Notes: generated from the letters alone by a model not told the origin. Shown: positions 10,520-22,656, counted from the whole stretch's first letter. The stretch is 63,168 nt of DNA, filler included, from Octopus bimaculoides (GCF_001194135.2; 7 parts of 6 records of this genome joined end to end with filler, not necessarily neighbours in it); one strand, 5' to 3'. Numbers and translations are program-made.

Positions 10520-10786
10520 ATTTTTTCAGTCTGCAGAGAAATGGTTAAAATTTGCTCTGTTTATAATTATACCACTTGTTTATAATTATACCATATATTA
10601 CATATTTATTATATCATACCTTGATACTGTGTGGACTAAGATCCCCGATGATCTTAGTCCCGCTGGTATTTATAGAGTGTTAAACACTTTCGGTAGGCAT
10701 ATTAGGAACTCCTTCATAAAGTAACTGCTGAATTTGTTGAGTATATAAACAGATTGGCTGATTGTTTCTCTGGAGACTGTCAGAAT

Positions 10787-10846
10787 GATGTGGACGCCTC
10801 TGATGAGAACCCAGTATAGTTCGAAAACCGATGAAGGTTGTTCATC
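10787..10846 (+). ncRNA. Type I hammerhead ribozyme, copy 2 (U16.1>G)
   Basis: CCT-CTGATGA, stem II GAAC/GTTC, GAAA, ACCGAT, GA, AGG; distal helix TTTCTCTG/CAGAGAAA and AGACT/AGTCT. Confidence 0.7.
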
Positions 10847-11099
10847 ACTTTTTTAGTCTGCAGAGAAATGGCTAAAATTTGCCCTGTTTATAATTATACC
10901 ATATGTTACATATATATAGCTCAAATTTACAGAGAAAAAGAAATACTAAGAAAAGTGTAGGAACAGCAAGCAGGTGTATTAGTTCAATGCTCAGGGAAAA
11001 TGGAAAAACGTTTCACGTTTCGAGTCTACGCTCTTCGATAAAGAGGAAAAAGGAAAAGAGAATGAAAAAGAAAGGAAGAGAGAAAAACTGTGTAGAGTT

Positions 11100-11302
11100 C
11101 AACGTTGCTCCCCCCTATTCCTCCCCCTTCATCGAGCCCACCCTTGCCCGCACCTCCCGCCTCATCATCCGTGCCACCATCCGTTCCACCCGTTCCCTCC
11201 TCCACTCCGTTGACCACCAACTCTCCCAAGCTTACCTCCTCCTCTCATCCCTCTGCCCTCAACCCTTCACCCAACCTATCCTCCGCTTCCTCCTCAATCT
11301 CA
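11100..11302 (+). mobile_element. Possible N-terminal coding fragment of a Penelope-like element, cut by a gap
   Basis: Open C-rich frame PYSSPFIEPTLARTSRLIIRATIRSTRSLLHSVDHQLSQAYLLL just downstream of the hammerhead tandem; resemblance only. Confidence 0.3.
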
Positions 11303-11402
11303 NNNNNNNNNNNNNNNNNNNNNNNNNNNNNNNNNNNNNNNNNNNNTTAATTAATTAANNNNNNNNNNNNNNNNNNNNNNNNNNNNNNNNNNNNNNNNNN
11401 NN

Positions 11403-11443
<41 letters not shown>

Positions 11444-11484
11444 GTATGAAGATATATATATGGATATATGTACATATATTTACA

Positions 11485-11635
11485 GGCTCCTTTCAGTTTC
11501 CGTGAGCCATATCTTCATATAAGGCTTTGGTCGACTTGGGACTATAATGGAAGAGGCTTGCTCAAGGAACTGCATAGTAGCAATAAACCCAGAGTCACGT
11601 GGCTGCAAAATGAGTTTATTGCCTACACAGACATG
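11485..11635 (-). mobile_element. Decayed tRNA-headed SINE (family A head)
   Basis: ttcagtttcc...aaggctttggtcgac...ctataatggaagaggcttgctcaagg matches the better copy at 46930-47300. Confidence 0.6.
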
Positions 11636-12718
11636 CTCACGCCTAAACGTTTCCCTTCTTTGCTTTTCAAATTTTCTTAGCAGGCACAAATACTTATTTC
11701 TCATTTCTCACGCCTAATACGAACTCACGTTCAGAAAAGCGAATAAAATGGAATAATGTATCCTGTATTATCAAAACGTGTGCACTGTTACAAATTCAAA
11801 TAGTCACTGCGTTCATTTGGTACGTATGAAATCCTTCAACACATTTCAATTTCTGTGTCCGAAAGAACTGGCGGGTATCAGTGACTCATACTTGCCCCTT
11901 GTGCACTACAGATCTGTGATGGCACATAATGAGAGCGCATTATATGATTATTGCATTTCGCCATGGGTAAAGCCTGCAGCAGATAAATCGTAGACAGAGA
12001 GATAAAGTCTCAGAGAGACAGCTTCATGGAGACCAAGAGAGAGAAATAGAGAGAGAGAGAGAGAGAGAGAGGAAGAGACTGGAAGACAGAGCTAGAGTAC
12101 GAGAGAAGGAGAGACTGAGTGAAACTGAAGGAGGGAGGGAAAGAAAAACGGATAGTAACCCTAGATGTAGAGAATCGTAGGCACAAATATGCATGTATGT
12201 ATGTATGTATTATATATGTATATGTATATGTATATGTGTATATATATATATGTATTTAAAAGTATGTGTGTATGTGCATGTGTTTATGTATGTATGTATG
12301 TATGCATGTATGTATATATNNNNNNNNNNNNNNNNNNNNNNNNNNNNNNNNNNNNNNNNNNNNNNNNNNNNNNNNNNNNNNNNNNNNNNNNNNNNNNNNN
12401 NNNNNNNNNNNNNNNNNNNNNNNNNNNNNNNNNNNNNNNNNNNNNNNNNNNNNNNNNNNNNNNNNNNNNNNNNNNNNNNNNNNNNNNNNNNNNNNNNNNN
12501 NNNNNNNNNNNNNNNNNNNNNNNNNNNNNNNNNNNNNNNNNNNNNNNNNNNNNNNNNNNNNNNNNNNNNNNNNNNNNNNNNNNNNNNNNNNNNNNNNNNN
12601 NNNNNNNNNNNNNACACATATATATATAGGGAGAAAGAGAGAGAGAGAGAGAACGTATATCTATAGATTTAGCTATCCATATATTTATGCATTTCTATCT
12701 CTTTATCTATGTATGGGC

Positions 12719-12751
<33 letters not shown>

Positions 12752-12950
12752 CACATATGTATACACGTAGGTATGCACGCATGCTCACCTAGAGACATAT
12801 AACCAGCTGATTGATTGAAACAAGTTGGGTGCTCCCGGCTCCCCATACAAGAAGTAGAGGTGACTGACAAATTTTAAAGACGGTTTATAATGTATCTGTT
12901 CCTGCCAGCTATGACACAATAATCTCTTACATATTCAACACTTTCTAACC

Positions 12951-13055
<105 letters not shown>

Positions 13056-13127
13056 ACTTTGTTCGGCTGCACTCTGTCGTCTGTTTGATGTTTCTCTCTG
13101 TTATATTTCTCTCCCTCTCGTTCTATC

Positions 13128-13206
<79 letters not shown>

Positions 13207-13899
13207 AACAGCCGTGTACAGTGAGAACCGTGTTGGCAGGTAGGATGTAAGAAATATAAGGCTGCAATGATAATCTGAGCTTAGTGGTGGTGAAATGGTT
13301 GACAAGAGGCTACCAAACGCCCTAGAAGAAGGCAGAAGAGATGAGGTCCCAAGAGACGGGGCAGTTCAGTTCAGTCAGGCTGGATCAAACTGTGGTGACC
13401 ACTTGAATGAACATTATATGATTCAAAAACGTAAAAAAATTTTTTTAAAACCCAAAATACAAAACACAGTGACAGTTGATTGAACAAAATATGATGTACT
13501 AGTTTGACACGCAGGGAGAATTAAAAAGCCTTTGACACTGCGATCCAAAACCCTTCAACAAAAAGGAATACAGAAAGAAAAGAAATGGAGTGAGCTGAAA
13601 AACGGAGACAGGAAGAAACATCTAGATTAACAGTTGCACATGTTTCAACAATGGGCAACCATTAATCCAGACACGTTTTTTTCTCTCTCCTTTCGTTTAC
13701 CGTCCTCGTGTGTTTGTTTCCTCGTAGGTTCGAAAACTGAATGACTCCATTTTCCCTGAACGTCAATATACTATTTTTTTTTTTTTGCTTCTGATAAACA
13801 TTGATAAAAATGTACATATACTCTATTGTCTAGCTTTAATACCTCTCTCGAAATTGCTCAATGATGTACAATACGGCTATAAAATGTTTGATAAAATAT

Positions 13900-15112
13900 A
13901 ATTCATCTAATGGATGATTTAAAGCCATTTGCAAAAGAATGACCAGCAAATACAAGGCTTACTAGCGAGTGTTAAACAATTCAGTGATGATATCAGGATG
14001 CAATTTGACCTCGATAATTGTGCAAAAGCTTTCTTTATGAAAGGAAAAATGACGGAAGCATCTAACTTTAACCTTGATCAGTAGAATACCATAAAAGAGT
14101 TAGAACCAGCGGAGTGATACAAATACCTAGGGGTATGTGAAGAGGAGAGAATCAAACATTCAGTGATGAGGGAAATGATCAGAAGCGAATGTTAGCGCAG
14201 GGTAAGGGCGATATTCAAGACAGAGCTGAATACAAGAAACACGATCGAATCGATCAATACTTTAGCCATACCAGTCGTGACTTCCAGTTTCAATATCATT
14301 AACTGGTCAATTACTGAAATATGTAATCTTGACAGAACAATGCGAAAATTGTTGACAATGCATGGAATACAACAAGAAAAGTGGGAGGCCGTGGACTGTT
14401 ACAACTGGAATTAACAATGAAGATTTTCTACAATTGGCCTAGACACCTATCTGAAAAACTTGAGGACTGGATGTTAAAAGTTGTCTCAATACATAAGAAC
14501 AAGACAGTTTCATACTCAGTAGAAAAACAGGCAAATGAATATATATTAGCGAATTCCAAATACTACAAATTCCAGAATTAAATGTATTAGAAACAAGCAC
14601 AGAAAAAGCAAAGTGTATGAAAACCCATGCTAAATCTGCTGCCTTAGATATTCTTACTGATAAATGGTAAAACACTTCAGACAAAAATTAAGCCTCCTCC
14701 TTGATATGATTGTCCCAATCGATATAAATATATCTGTCAAGACTTAGCAAAAACTGAGCTACTAAGACTAAAACAATACATGTTGTCATAGGTGTCCTAG
14801 GAATGATAGCAAAAGGAGCTGATTGCTACCTAGCTCAGATACCAGGAAACACGAAAATGGCAGAAATTCAAAAGATAGTGCTCATGGGAACTGTCCATAT
14901 CCTACAGTCTATGTAATCTCAAATTTTATTACAAACTCATAATTTTCTTATGCTTTCTTTAACATTCTCTAGAATATTACTATGTACAAAACAAAATATA
15001 TGACACACTAGGTGTAATACCAACTTGAACTTTTAACTTGTTGCCTCTTGAGTTTTCTGGGTGAGACTTAGAGCCAACTTGTACAAATACAAGCAAAAGT
15101 AAAACATATTTA
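13900..15112 (+). mobile_element. R4/Dong fragment 1 (RT C-half, deletion, RLE end, 3'UTR, AAT tail)
   Basis: MDDLKPFAKNDQQIQGLL..VKQFSDDIRMQF, YKYLG, GGRGLLQLE, LLLDMIVPIDINISVK, AEIQKIVLMGTVHIL. Confidence 0.88.
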
Positions 15113-15226
15113 ATAATAATAATAATAATAATAATAATGATGATAATGATGATGATGATGATGATGTTGATGATGATGATGATGATGAGGAGGAGGAGGA
15201 GGAGGAGGAGGATGATGATGATGATG

Positions 15227-15277
<51 letters not shown>

Positions 15278-15290
15278 GTAATAATAATAA

Positions 15291-15777
15291 AGACATTAAA
15301 TTGAAAGACTTCAGACATAAATCATGCCTCCTCATTGATATGACTGTTCCAATCGACATAACTGTATTTGTCAAGAATTACCTAAGACTGAGCAAGTATA
15401 AATATCTTGAAATAGAAATTGGCAAAATGTGGAATCTGAAGACTAAAACAATACCTGTTGTTATGGGTGGCCTAGGAATGATAGCTAAAGGGGCTGATTA
15501 CTGCCTAGCTTAGATACCAGGAAATCCCAAAATTTCAGAAATTCAAAAGATAGTGCTCATGGGAACTGCCCATATCCTACCTAAAATACTGTCTGTTATC
15601 TCAAATTTTAAAACAAACTCATGATTTTCTTACGTTTCCTTAAGCATTCTCTGGAACAATACTATGTGCAAAACCAAATATAACATACCTTAGGTATAAC
15701 ACAAACACAAACTTCTAACTTGTTGTCTCTTGTACTTGTTGTAACTTGTACAAACGCAAGCAAAAGTCAAACGTATA
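15291..15777 (+). mobile_element. R4/Dong fragment 2 (same subfamily as fragments 1 and 6), RLE end and 3'UTR
   Basis: KDFRHKSCLLIDMTVPID...KYKYLEIEIGKMWNLKTKTIPVVMGGLGMI; the UTR is homologous to 14900-15110. Confidence 0.9.
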
Positions 15778-15798
15778 ATAATAATGATGATGATAATG

Positions 15799-15880
<82 letters not shown>

Positions 15881-15934
15881 CAACAACAACAACAATAATA
15901 ATAATAATGATAATAATAAATATAATAGGTATAA

Positions 15935-16155
15935 TAAAAAATATTCAGACAAATACATAACAAAAACATCAGGACTTACAAATATATATAACATACAGAA
16001 AATTGCACTACTGGGCACTGCACACATCCTACGCAAAACACTTTCAATACAGTAACCATAAGAGTATCACAGCAAACCACAGCACATACCCAAGGCACAC
16101 AGAGCTGCGCTCGATAGTGAAGTGAAAGCACGTTATAAAAATAAAACTACTGAAC
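15935..16155 (+). mobile_element. R4/Dong fragment 3 (second subfamily 3' end)
   Basis: KYSDKYITKTSGLTNIYNIQKIALLGTAHILRKTLSIQ*, UTR, then an AAT tail. Confidence 0.88.
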
Positions 16156-16208
16156 AATAATAATAATAATGATAATAATAACAACAACAACAACAACAAT
16201 AATAACAA

Positions 16209-16249
<41 letters not shown>

Positions 16250-16304
16250 ATAATAATNNNNNNNNNNCTACTAATAATAATAATAATAATAATAATAACA
16301 CAAC

Positions 16305-17390
16305 AAAAATGATACTGACAGGCTGCATGTACCTAGGAACAGGGGAGGAAGAGGCCTCATAGGATGCAAGATCTGTGTTGTCAACGAGAAGAACAGTCTG
16401 AGTTGATGCGTCAAACAACAGAGTGAATCCTTGCTGACCGCTGTTAGAATCAACAATAGAATCCCTACTGAAAATGTGATGCGCCTACAAACATTTAAGA
16501 AAAATATGAAGAAGAAAGAACAATTGCAAAATGAAATCACTGCTTGAGGAATACCTCAGTGAAATTGAAGGAAAAGACGAGACCAACACTTGGAGATGGC
16601 TAAGAAAAAGTGATGTGAAAGGATTCACTGAAGCATTGATATGCAGCACCCTGGAACAAGCTCTGAGAACAAATTATATCAAGTTCCAAATAAACAACAG
16701 CACCGAATCGCTCCTTTGTAGGATGTGTGGCAGCAAAAACGAAACAATTTCACATATCGTGAGTGAGTGTAGCAAGCTGGCCCAAAAACACTACGAAAGG
16801 AGTCATGATAAGTTTGTCCAGAGGAACCTATGTGAAAGGTACGGCCTCGACGGAGCATGGAAACGGTACGAACATGAACCAAAAGGCATAATCGAGAACA
16901 AGGAATATAATTCAATTATAATTCAATTTAACACTCTAGTCGATGCTCGGGGACCAGTTATTGTGGTAGACAAAGGAAAAAAAGGAAACCAAAATTATAG
17001 ATATTGCAATAAGTGCCGATGCGCGAATAAGTGACTAGAAAAGATTGAAAAGTACAGACTACTAAAAGACGAAATTGCAAGAATGTGGACTATGACTATG
17101 TGGAGAGTGTCATCCCAGTAGTTGTAGGTCTAACAACCAAATTCGAGAAATACGTTTCAGAGAAATCGGAATTGACATAAGAGCAGAGCAAGCCCAAAAT
17201 ACTGCTCTGCTGGGGACAGCTAGGATTTTGTGATTGGTACTTCGGTGTTGAATATCTTCCATGATAAATAACAACTAGGTATCAAAGCTTATAATGTGCA
17301 AGAGAGACCCTGTGTGACCCCTGCTGTCCGCTCTCACAGAATCAACTGGAGCAAGCAAGACAGAGCACTCTGAGAAGTAAAACAATAATG
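16305..17390 (+). mobile_element. R4/Dong fragment 4 (third subfamily; CCHC knuckle and RLE)
   Basis: DRLHVPRNRGGRGLIG, TWRWLRKSDVKGFTEALICSTLEQALRTN, CRMCGSKNETISHIVSECSKLAQKHYERSHD, KIEKYRLLKDEIARMW, QNTALLGTARIL. Confidence 0.9.
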
Positions 17391-17396
17391 ATAATT

Positions 17397-17862
17397 AAAG
17401 GCAGAGAAGAAAATACTTGCAGACCAATAGATGTAACTGTTCCCTCTTATAAAAAATATATCTCTAAAGGAATTTGACAAACTTAGTAAACAGAAGGATC
17501 TGGAAATCGAAGTGCAAAAGATGTGGAATCGTAAAGCAAAAAGTTTCCTGTTACTGTTGGTACCCTAGGTATGATAAAAAAAAGATGCCAGAAACGTTTA
17601 TAAAATATCTCAGGAGAATCATGTTTCATCATGGAAATCTAAAAGATTGCGCTGATGAGTACAGCCGACGTCCTTAGAAAAGTAATATAAGCTTAAATGT
17701 TTGTGTTATATTAGCTAGAAGTATTTCTCAACTGCCCTCGCCACTTCCCTCGCCAAGCTTTTAGTTATGTTTCAACATCTCTCATCCTTCACTCGCCCTG
17801 GAAGTTTGGATGTGTCCTGGCAAGTGATTGCATCAAACATGCAGATTAAAAGTAAACAACAG
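17397..17862 (+). mobile_element. R4/Dong fragment 5 (older, decayed RLE end and UTR)
   Basis: KGREENTCRPIDVTVPS, KDLEIEVQKMWN, then a UTR ending in GAT/AAT repeats. Confidence 0.7.
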
Positions 17863-17908
17863 TGATGATGATGGTGATAATAATAATAATGATAATAATA
17901 ATAATAAT

Positions 17909-18211
17909 AAGGCACGATAGAGCTGCACAATATATTCACTGGGTAATATGCAACAACCTGGACTTGCTCCATGATAAAAACTGGTGGGAACACAAACCAC
18001 CCCCAGAACTTGAAAATGATCACATTGCACTCCTCTGGAACTTCACCATTCAAACTGACAGAAAGATAGACGCAAATAGGCCAGACATCATACTGAAAGA
18101 CTTCAGACAAAAATCATGCCTCCTCATTGATATGACTGTCCCAATCGATATAAACGTATCTGTCAAGACCTACCAAAAACTGAGCAAATATAAAGATCTT
18201 GAAATAGAAAT
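17909..18211 (+). mobile_element. R4/Dong fragment 6 (RLE domain), cut by a gap
   Basis: RHDRAAQYIHWVICNNL...WWEHKP...LLWNFTIQTDRKIDANRPDIILKDFRQKSCLLIDMTVPID..KLSKYKDL. Confidence 0.92.
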
Positions 18212-18311
18212 NNNNNNNNNNNNNNNNNNNNNNNNNNNNNNNNNNNNNNNNNNNNTTAATTAATTAANNNNNNNNNNNNNNNNNNNNNNNNNNNNNNNNN
18301 NNNNNNNNNNN

Positions 18312-18955
18312 GATTGGGGAGTAATGAGAATGTTTTGGAAAATTCTTATTAATAGGGTCTTGGAACTGGGATACCAAGTTTGATTTTACACTTTTGCTAA
18401 AAGGCAGTATTATCCAGACATTTTTATTAGGTTCTGGTTTAGAATATTTGCTAGTATTATTTATAAATAGTCTTATTTTATTATTATCATTGAAACAGGG
18501 TTTAAGCTGACGGTTACCTTCCCTATTTCGTGATAAAATGTTTAACTGGTTATTATCGTTAAAGAATTTATGATGGAAGTTATAATTGTATTTGTTGTTA
18601 TTATTTAAATTAAAATCTATGTTATTATTACTATTATTATTATTATTACTCAAATCAGTTTCATAAGTAGAATGTATATAATTAACTTTTTCTCTATAAC
18701 CTGCTTTTAATAAGGCTGAATTGTAAAACTCAGCCTCCTTATTGAATATATTTTCGTTTGTAGATAGATTGGATAGTCTAAGTGATATGTTGTTAACTAA
18801 ATTTCTCGTTACTAAATTTGGATGATTGCTGAATCTGCTGACGTATTTTAGGTTAGTGGAGGGCTTGTGATAAGGGAAGAATGTTTTAGTGTGTAGATCT
18901 AGAGTGACATCCAAGAAGTTAGCTATAGTTGTTTCATCTGCAAATACTATACTAA
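18312..18955 (-). mobile_element. Penelope-like element, RT thumb and linker fragment
   Basis: ANFLDVTLDLHTKTFFPYHKPSTNLKYVSRFSNHP...NNISLRLSNLSTNENIFNKEAEFYNSALLKAGY...VWIILPFSKSVKSN. Confidence 0.88.
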
Positions 18956-19134
18956 ATGTATATGTATATGTATATGTATAAAAGTAATAATTCTAAAGTT
19001 GGGTATAACTTCATAGTATGCCATTTAAAGCACGTTCAGTTTCTTCGGCTATCTGATCTCATCAGACAGTATGTACATATGTGCCACTGGATTTACTTCA
19101 GGAATGCCTTCGTGTTCGTCGAGTATATAGCATA

Positions 19135-19469
19135 TAGGAGAAAGAGAAAATGGAATTCAGGAGATTCTTTTTAAATCACTCCTATTGTTTTGACCCATGG
19201 TACATCGATCATTTGCAGGTGACGCTCTATATAAACGGTTGTGGTGCATCATTCAGTCCAGTTGTTCCTCGTCAGATGACTATTCAAAAGTTTCGAGGCG
19301 GCTGTAATGAGTGAGTTACCTTTTGAAAAGTCGCCTGACGAGGCTCATCGAACGATGTACCACAACCTTTTGTATAGAATCTCGCCCACGCAGGACCGAT
19401 GAGCGGTGGCTGGAAACGATTGTAGTGATTAATAAAGTATTTCGTGAATTCCATTTTCTCTTTCTCTTA
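19135..19469. repeat. 335-bp foldback whose arms carry degenerate hammerhead-like modules (PLE-type inverted termini)
   Basis: Arm pairs TAGGAGAAAGAGAAAATGGAATTC/GAATTCCATTTTCTCTTTCTCTTA and CCTCGTCAGATGACTATTCAAAAG/CTTTTGAAAAGTCGCCTGACGAGG; 29-nt loop. Confidence 0.8.
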
Positions 19470-20943
19470 TGTTATAATCATACTTGTTAATGATGATTAT
19501 ACATTAAAGAGAATACGCAGATAACGTTTATATTTCGACGCAATTTAATTTACGGATACCAAGTTTGTATACATAGAATCATATACTAAACCAGAACTAA
19601 TTACACTTCACTTTCTACTTTTATCACTTCAAATTTCAGAGAACATAAACACATCAGTGTCAATATTTAAATATTTTTATAATTTCATTTTAACATATGT
19701 AAATTTCATAACAACAACCTGTCTCGTCTTTTAAGTTTCACAATCAAATATAATATACTTGTGAATTAATGTATTTTATTAACATACATTTTTTTAAAAA
19801 TATAACCACTGTCTAGAGCCTAAAATAAATAATGAAAATACGAAAACTTCTTTAGCGGAAATAAAACACCGGTTAGCTGTCACACTCACATTTAAATAGT
19901 ATTTCTTGGGCAGTACACACGTCGATCAGAGGGTTAACTCCATCCGTTTCTGTAGGTAGTCATTAGTAGCTGAGTGAGCTGGTGAAGTTCAATATGCTTA
20001 TGTGGGCGAAACACACACAGCATTATGACACGCACCATATTAATAACATTAAACTCTTTAAATCTAGATATTAGGCTTATTGCGGCTTTTAATTGGAAAT
20101 AGTTTTGAGATGAACTCTTGAAATCTTGAGAACTGAGCAGCCCGAAAGCACAATTCATTGTTACCAACGATGTTGGATTTACAAAACATTTTATCAAGAT
20201 TCTTTTTCTGCTTGTTTTAAATTTTGTTGCCTACATTCTACCCTCCTCTTGTCTACCTACTTTCTATCTGCGTACACCATATTGATTATGTCTTAATTCT
20301 TGCCAATATTCCCCATTTGACAATTTACATTGGCATATACATCTGGAATAGAACGGTATCATTTAACCAGTAAACATAATGTTTAAACATTGAGGAAAGT
20401 CACTGCAAAGATAAAACTATGTAACCAATCCTTGACACAGGTCAAAATATTTCTACATTTATTAAGTGTTTTTGTAACTGGACAGCTCGGAGCTTACGAA
20501 AAATCAGGTATTATTTGTCAAAATATACGGGTTTGCATGCATCTCAATGTTTAGAATCAAGTTATCGAAATAAAAGAATAACTTTCAATTCTCATGAAAT
20601 ATTTTCAGTTCAGTTTCGTTTTGTTTTCCAAGAGGAAATGTAAAACAACTTTCAATATGTCAAATGTTGAAACATTGCTCGTGTGGTGAATAACTTATTT
20701 CATTCTATATATATTATTGATGATATTTCCAGTGCATGTAGTATTTTTTAAAGATATTTGTTTACTATTACATCCTTTGAAAACGATAAATTTTCAAGTG
20801 TGCAGTTTCACATGAAGATATGTATGTAGCCTCAACTGTCTGAGTTGATATTATATATTCTATTTGTATTATTAATTACTACCTATGTATTTATTGATTT
20901 TTTTCTATTAACATTAAATTATTCACTTTCTATTTTCACTTAG

Positions 20944-21027
20944 GTGGGAAAATGGTTAGAATAGGTGAATATTACCAACTAGATGACCATTTAAACTTAT
21001 CAGATTGGAATAAAATCATTTGGAGAG
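20944..21027 (+). CDS. Internal coding exon of a class C GPCR, GABA-B receptor (subunit 2-like), end of the Venus-flytrap domain
   Basis: Acceptor ttcactttctattttcacttag, donor AG|gtgagt, 84 bp, phase 1/1, encodes GKMVRIGEYYQLDDHLNLSDWNKIIWR. This resembles the G..V.(I/V)GEY....D.L......I.(W/F).G segment before TM1 in GABA-B receptors (recalled similarity, not searched). Other periplasmic-binding-fold receptors are not excluded. Confidence 0.65.
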
Positions 21028-21596
21028 GTGAGTAACTTTCTCATAATTTCTGTTCTGTTCAAGCATTGTTCAGTTTGCATTTTCTTGTGGTGCAACTACA
21101 CACAGTGCATACAAAAAAACACAGGCATGGCCACAAGCATATGTCATGCACGCTTCTTAATAGACAGATGGGTGGGCCGAACTACTGCCTAAAAGAGTGG
21201 CCAAAACAATGAACATGGTCATATTTTAATTTCTTTTAAGTGAATAAGATTCATTTACATTTTAAAAGTTCTTGAACATAGGCATTACAAATGTGTCAAA
21301 ATGTATTAAATTCATCTGATACGTCGCGAAATATNNNNNNNNNNNNNNNNNNNNNNNNNNNNNNNNNNNNNNNNNNNNNNNNNNNNNNNNNNNNNNNNNN
21401 NNNNNNNNNNNNNNNNNNNNNNNNNNNNNNNNNNNNNNNNNNNNNNNNNNNNNNNNNNNNNNNNNNNNNNNNNNNNNNNNNNNNNNNNNNNNNNNNNNNN
21501 NNNNNNNNNNNNNNNNNNNNNNNNNNNNNNNNNNNNNNNNNNNNNNNNNNNNNNNNNNNNNNNNNNNNNNNNNNNNNNNNNNNNNNNNNNNNNNNN

Positions 21597-21629
<33 letters not shown>

Positions 21630-22656
21630 CACACATACACATGCGTAAGTATTTTTTGTATGAGTGTATATATACTCTCACATACGCTGAAAGGAGAACT
21701 CAGTTCATGATCTACACTGTCTGTCTTTCTGTTTTCGGCTGATGATTCACTGTAATATTCTTCTACTATTAAGAGTCGTATTATATTTGAAACTCGAAAC
21801 TCCCTGTAACAGCGAACTAAGTAACAGTATTAGTTCCTAAAACCCAACACGTGCACAAACAAAGACACACGACAAATACCACTATTACGTACATCACCAG
21901 ATCTGTAGATTTTAGAAGTCGTATCGTCATAATCAATAGATGATAGTTTACAGAGACATGCCCAAAGAGATTGGTGTAGAAATCTTCGATAGAATTTGAA
22001 TTATAATAGCTAGTTTTATGCATCCTCCGCAGATTTTGATATTTTACTTTCTGAATAGTGTATGATGTCCTTTTTTTTGCTTTTAATGTGAGCTTTTGGT
22101 AACAAGATTTGCTTCTAGCATTGGTTGCCTATTTGTTGCAAAACCACGTGAAGTATACAAGCTCTTATTTCATTTATTGTTTTCACCGGAGATGAAAGCA
22201 TGATAATGAAATATTCCTATATTCTTCTATTTCAAGCAAACGATATTGAGATCTATCACAAAATATTTCTCTAACATATGTATATGTATGTATGAATCTA
22301 TTACTGTAAATATCTAACTAAATATGTGCGAACAGAAATGAGTAAGACTTTTTACGAAAATATATTTTCTAATCTATATATTTTAGAAATCTGTCCATGG
22401 AAGACACTAACATCTACTACAATCTATTTGCTATCTATAGTGATATATGGAGAAAGTATAGAAAAAATATAGGATGTATTCCATAGTGTTGCTTAGGCAA
22501 TAAGCTACAGAGATACATGCATATATGCATACTTTCATAAATTTGTGCGTAGACATACATGCATACATACATACACACACACGCAAACACACACACACAC
22601 ACACGCACACGCACGCACACACGCGAACACATATATATATATATATGTTTATGTTA

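Larger units (their letters stand above)
10363..10910 (+). repeat. Tandem 327-bp-period repeat carrying hammerhead ribozymes (PLE pLTR or retrozyme-like)
   Basis: Homologous blocks about 10415-10580 and 10741-10905; CTGATGA cores at 10473 and 10800. Confidence 0.85.

Noticed and set aside
11347-11358. TTAATTAATTAA islands between N runs (also at 18256, 38738, 45850, 58039, 60640)
   Set aside because: The identical 12-mer always sits inside gaps and has stops in all six frames; it is an assembly spacer, not biology.
19030-19070. Minus-strand CTGATGA...GAAAC
   Set aside because: No stem I or stem II pairing was found.
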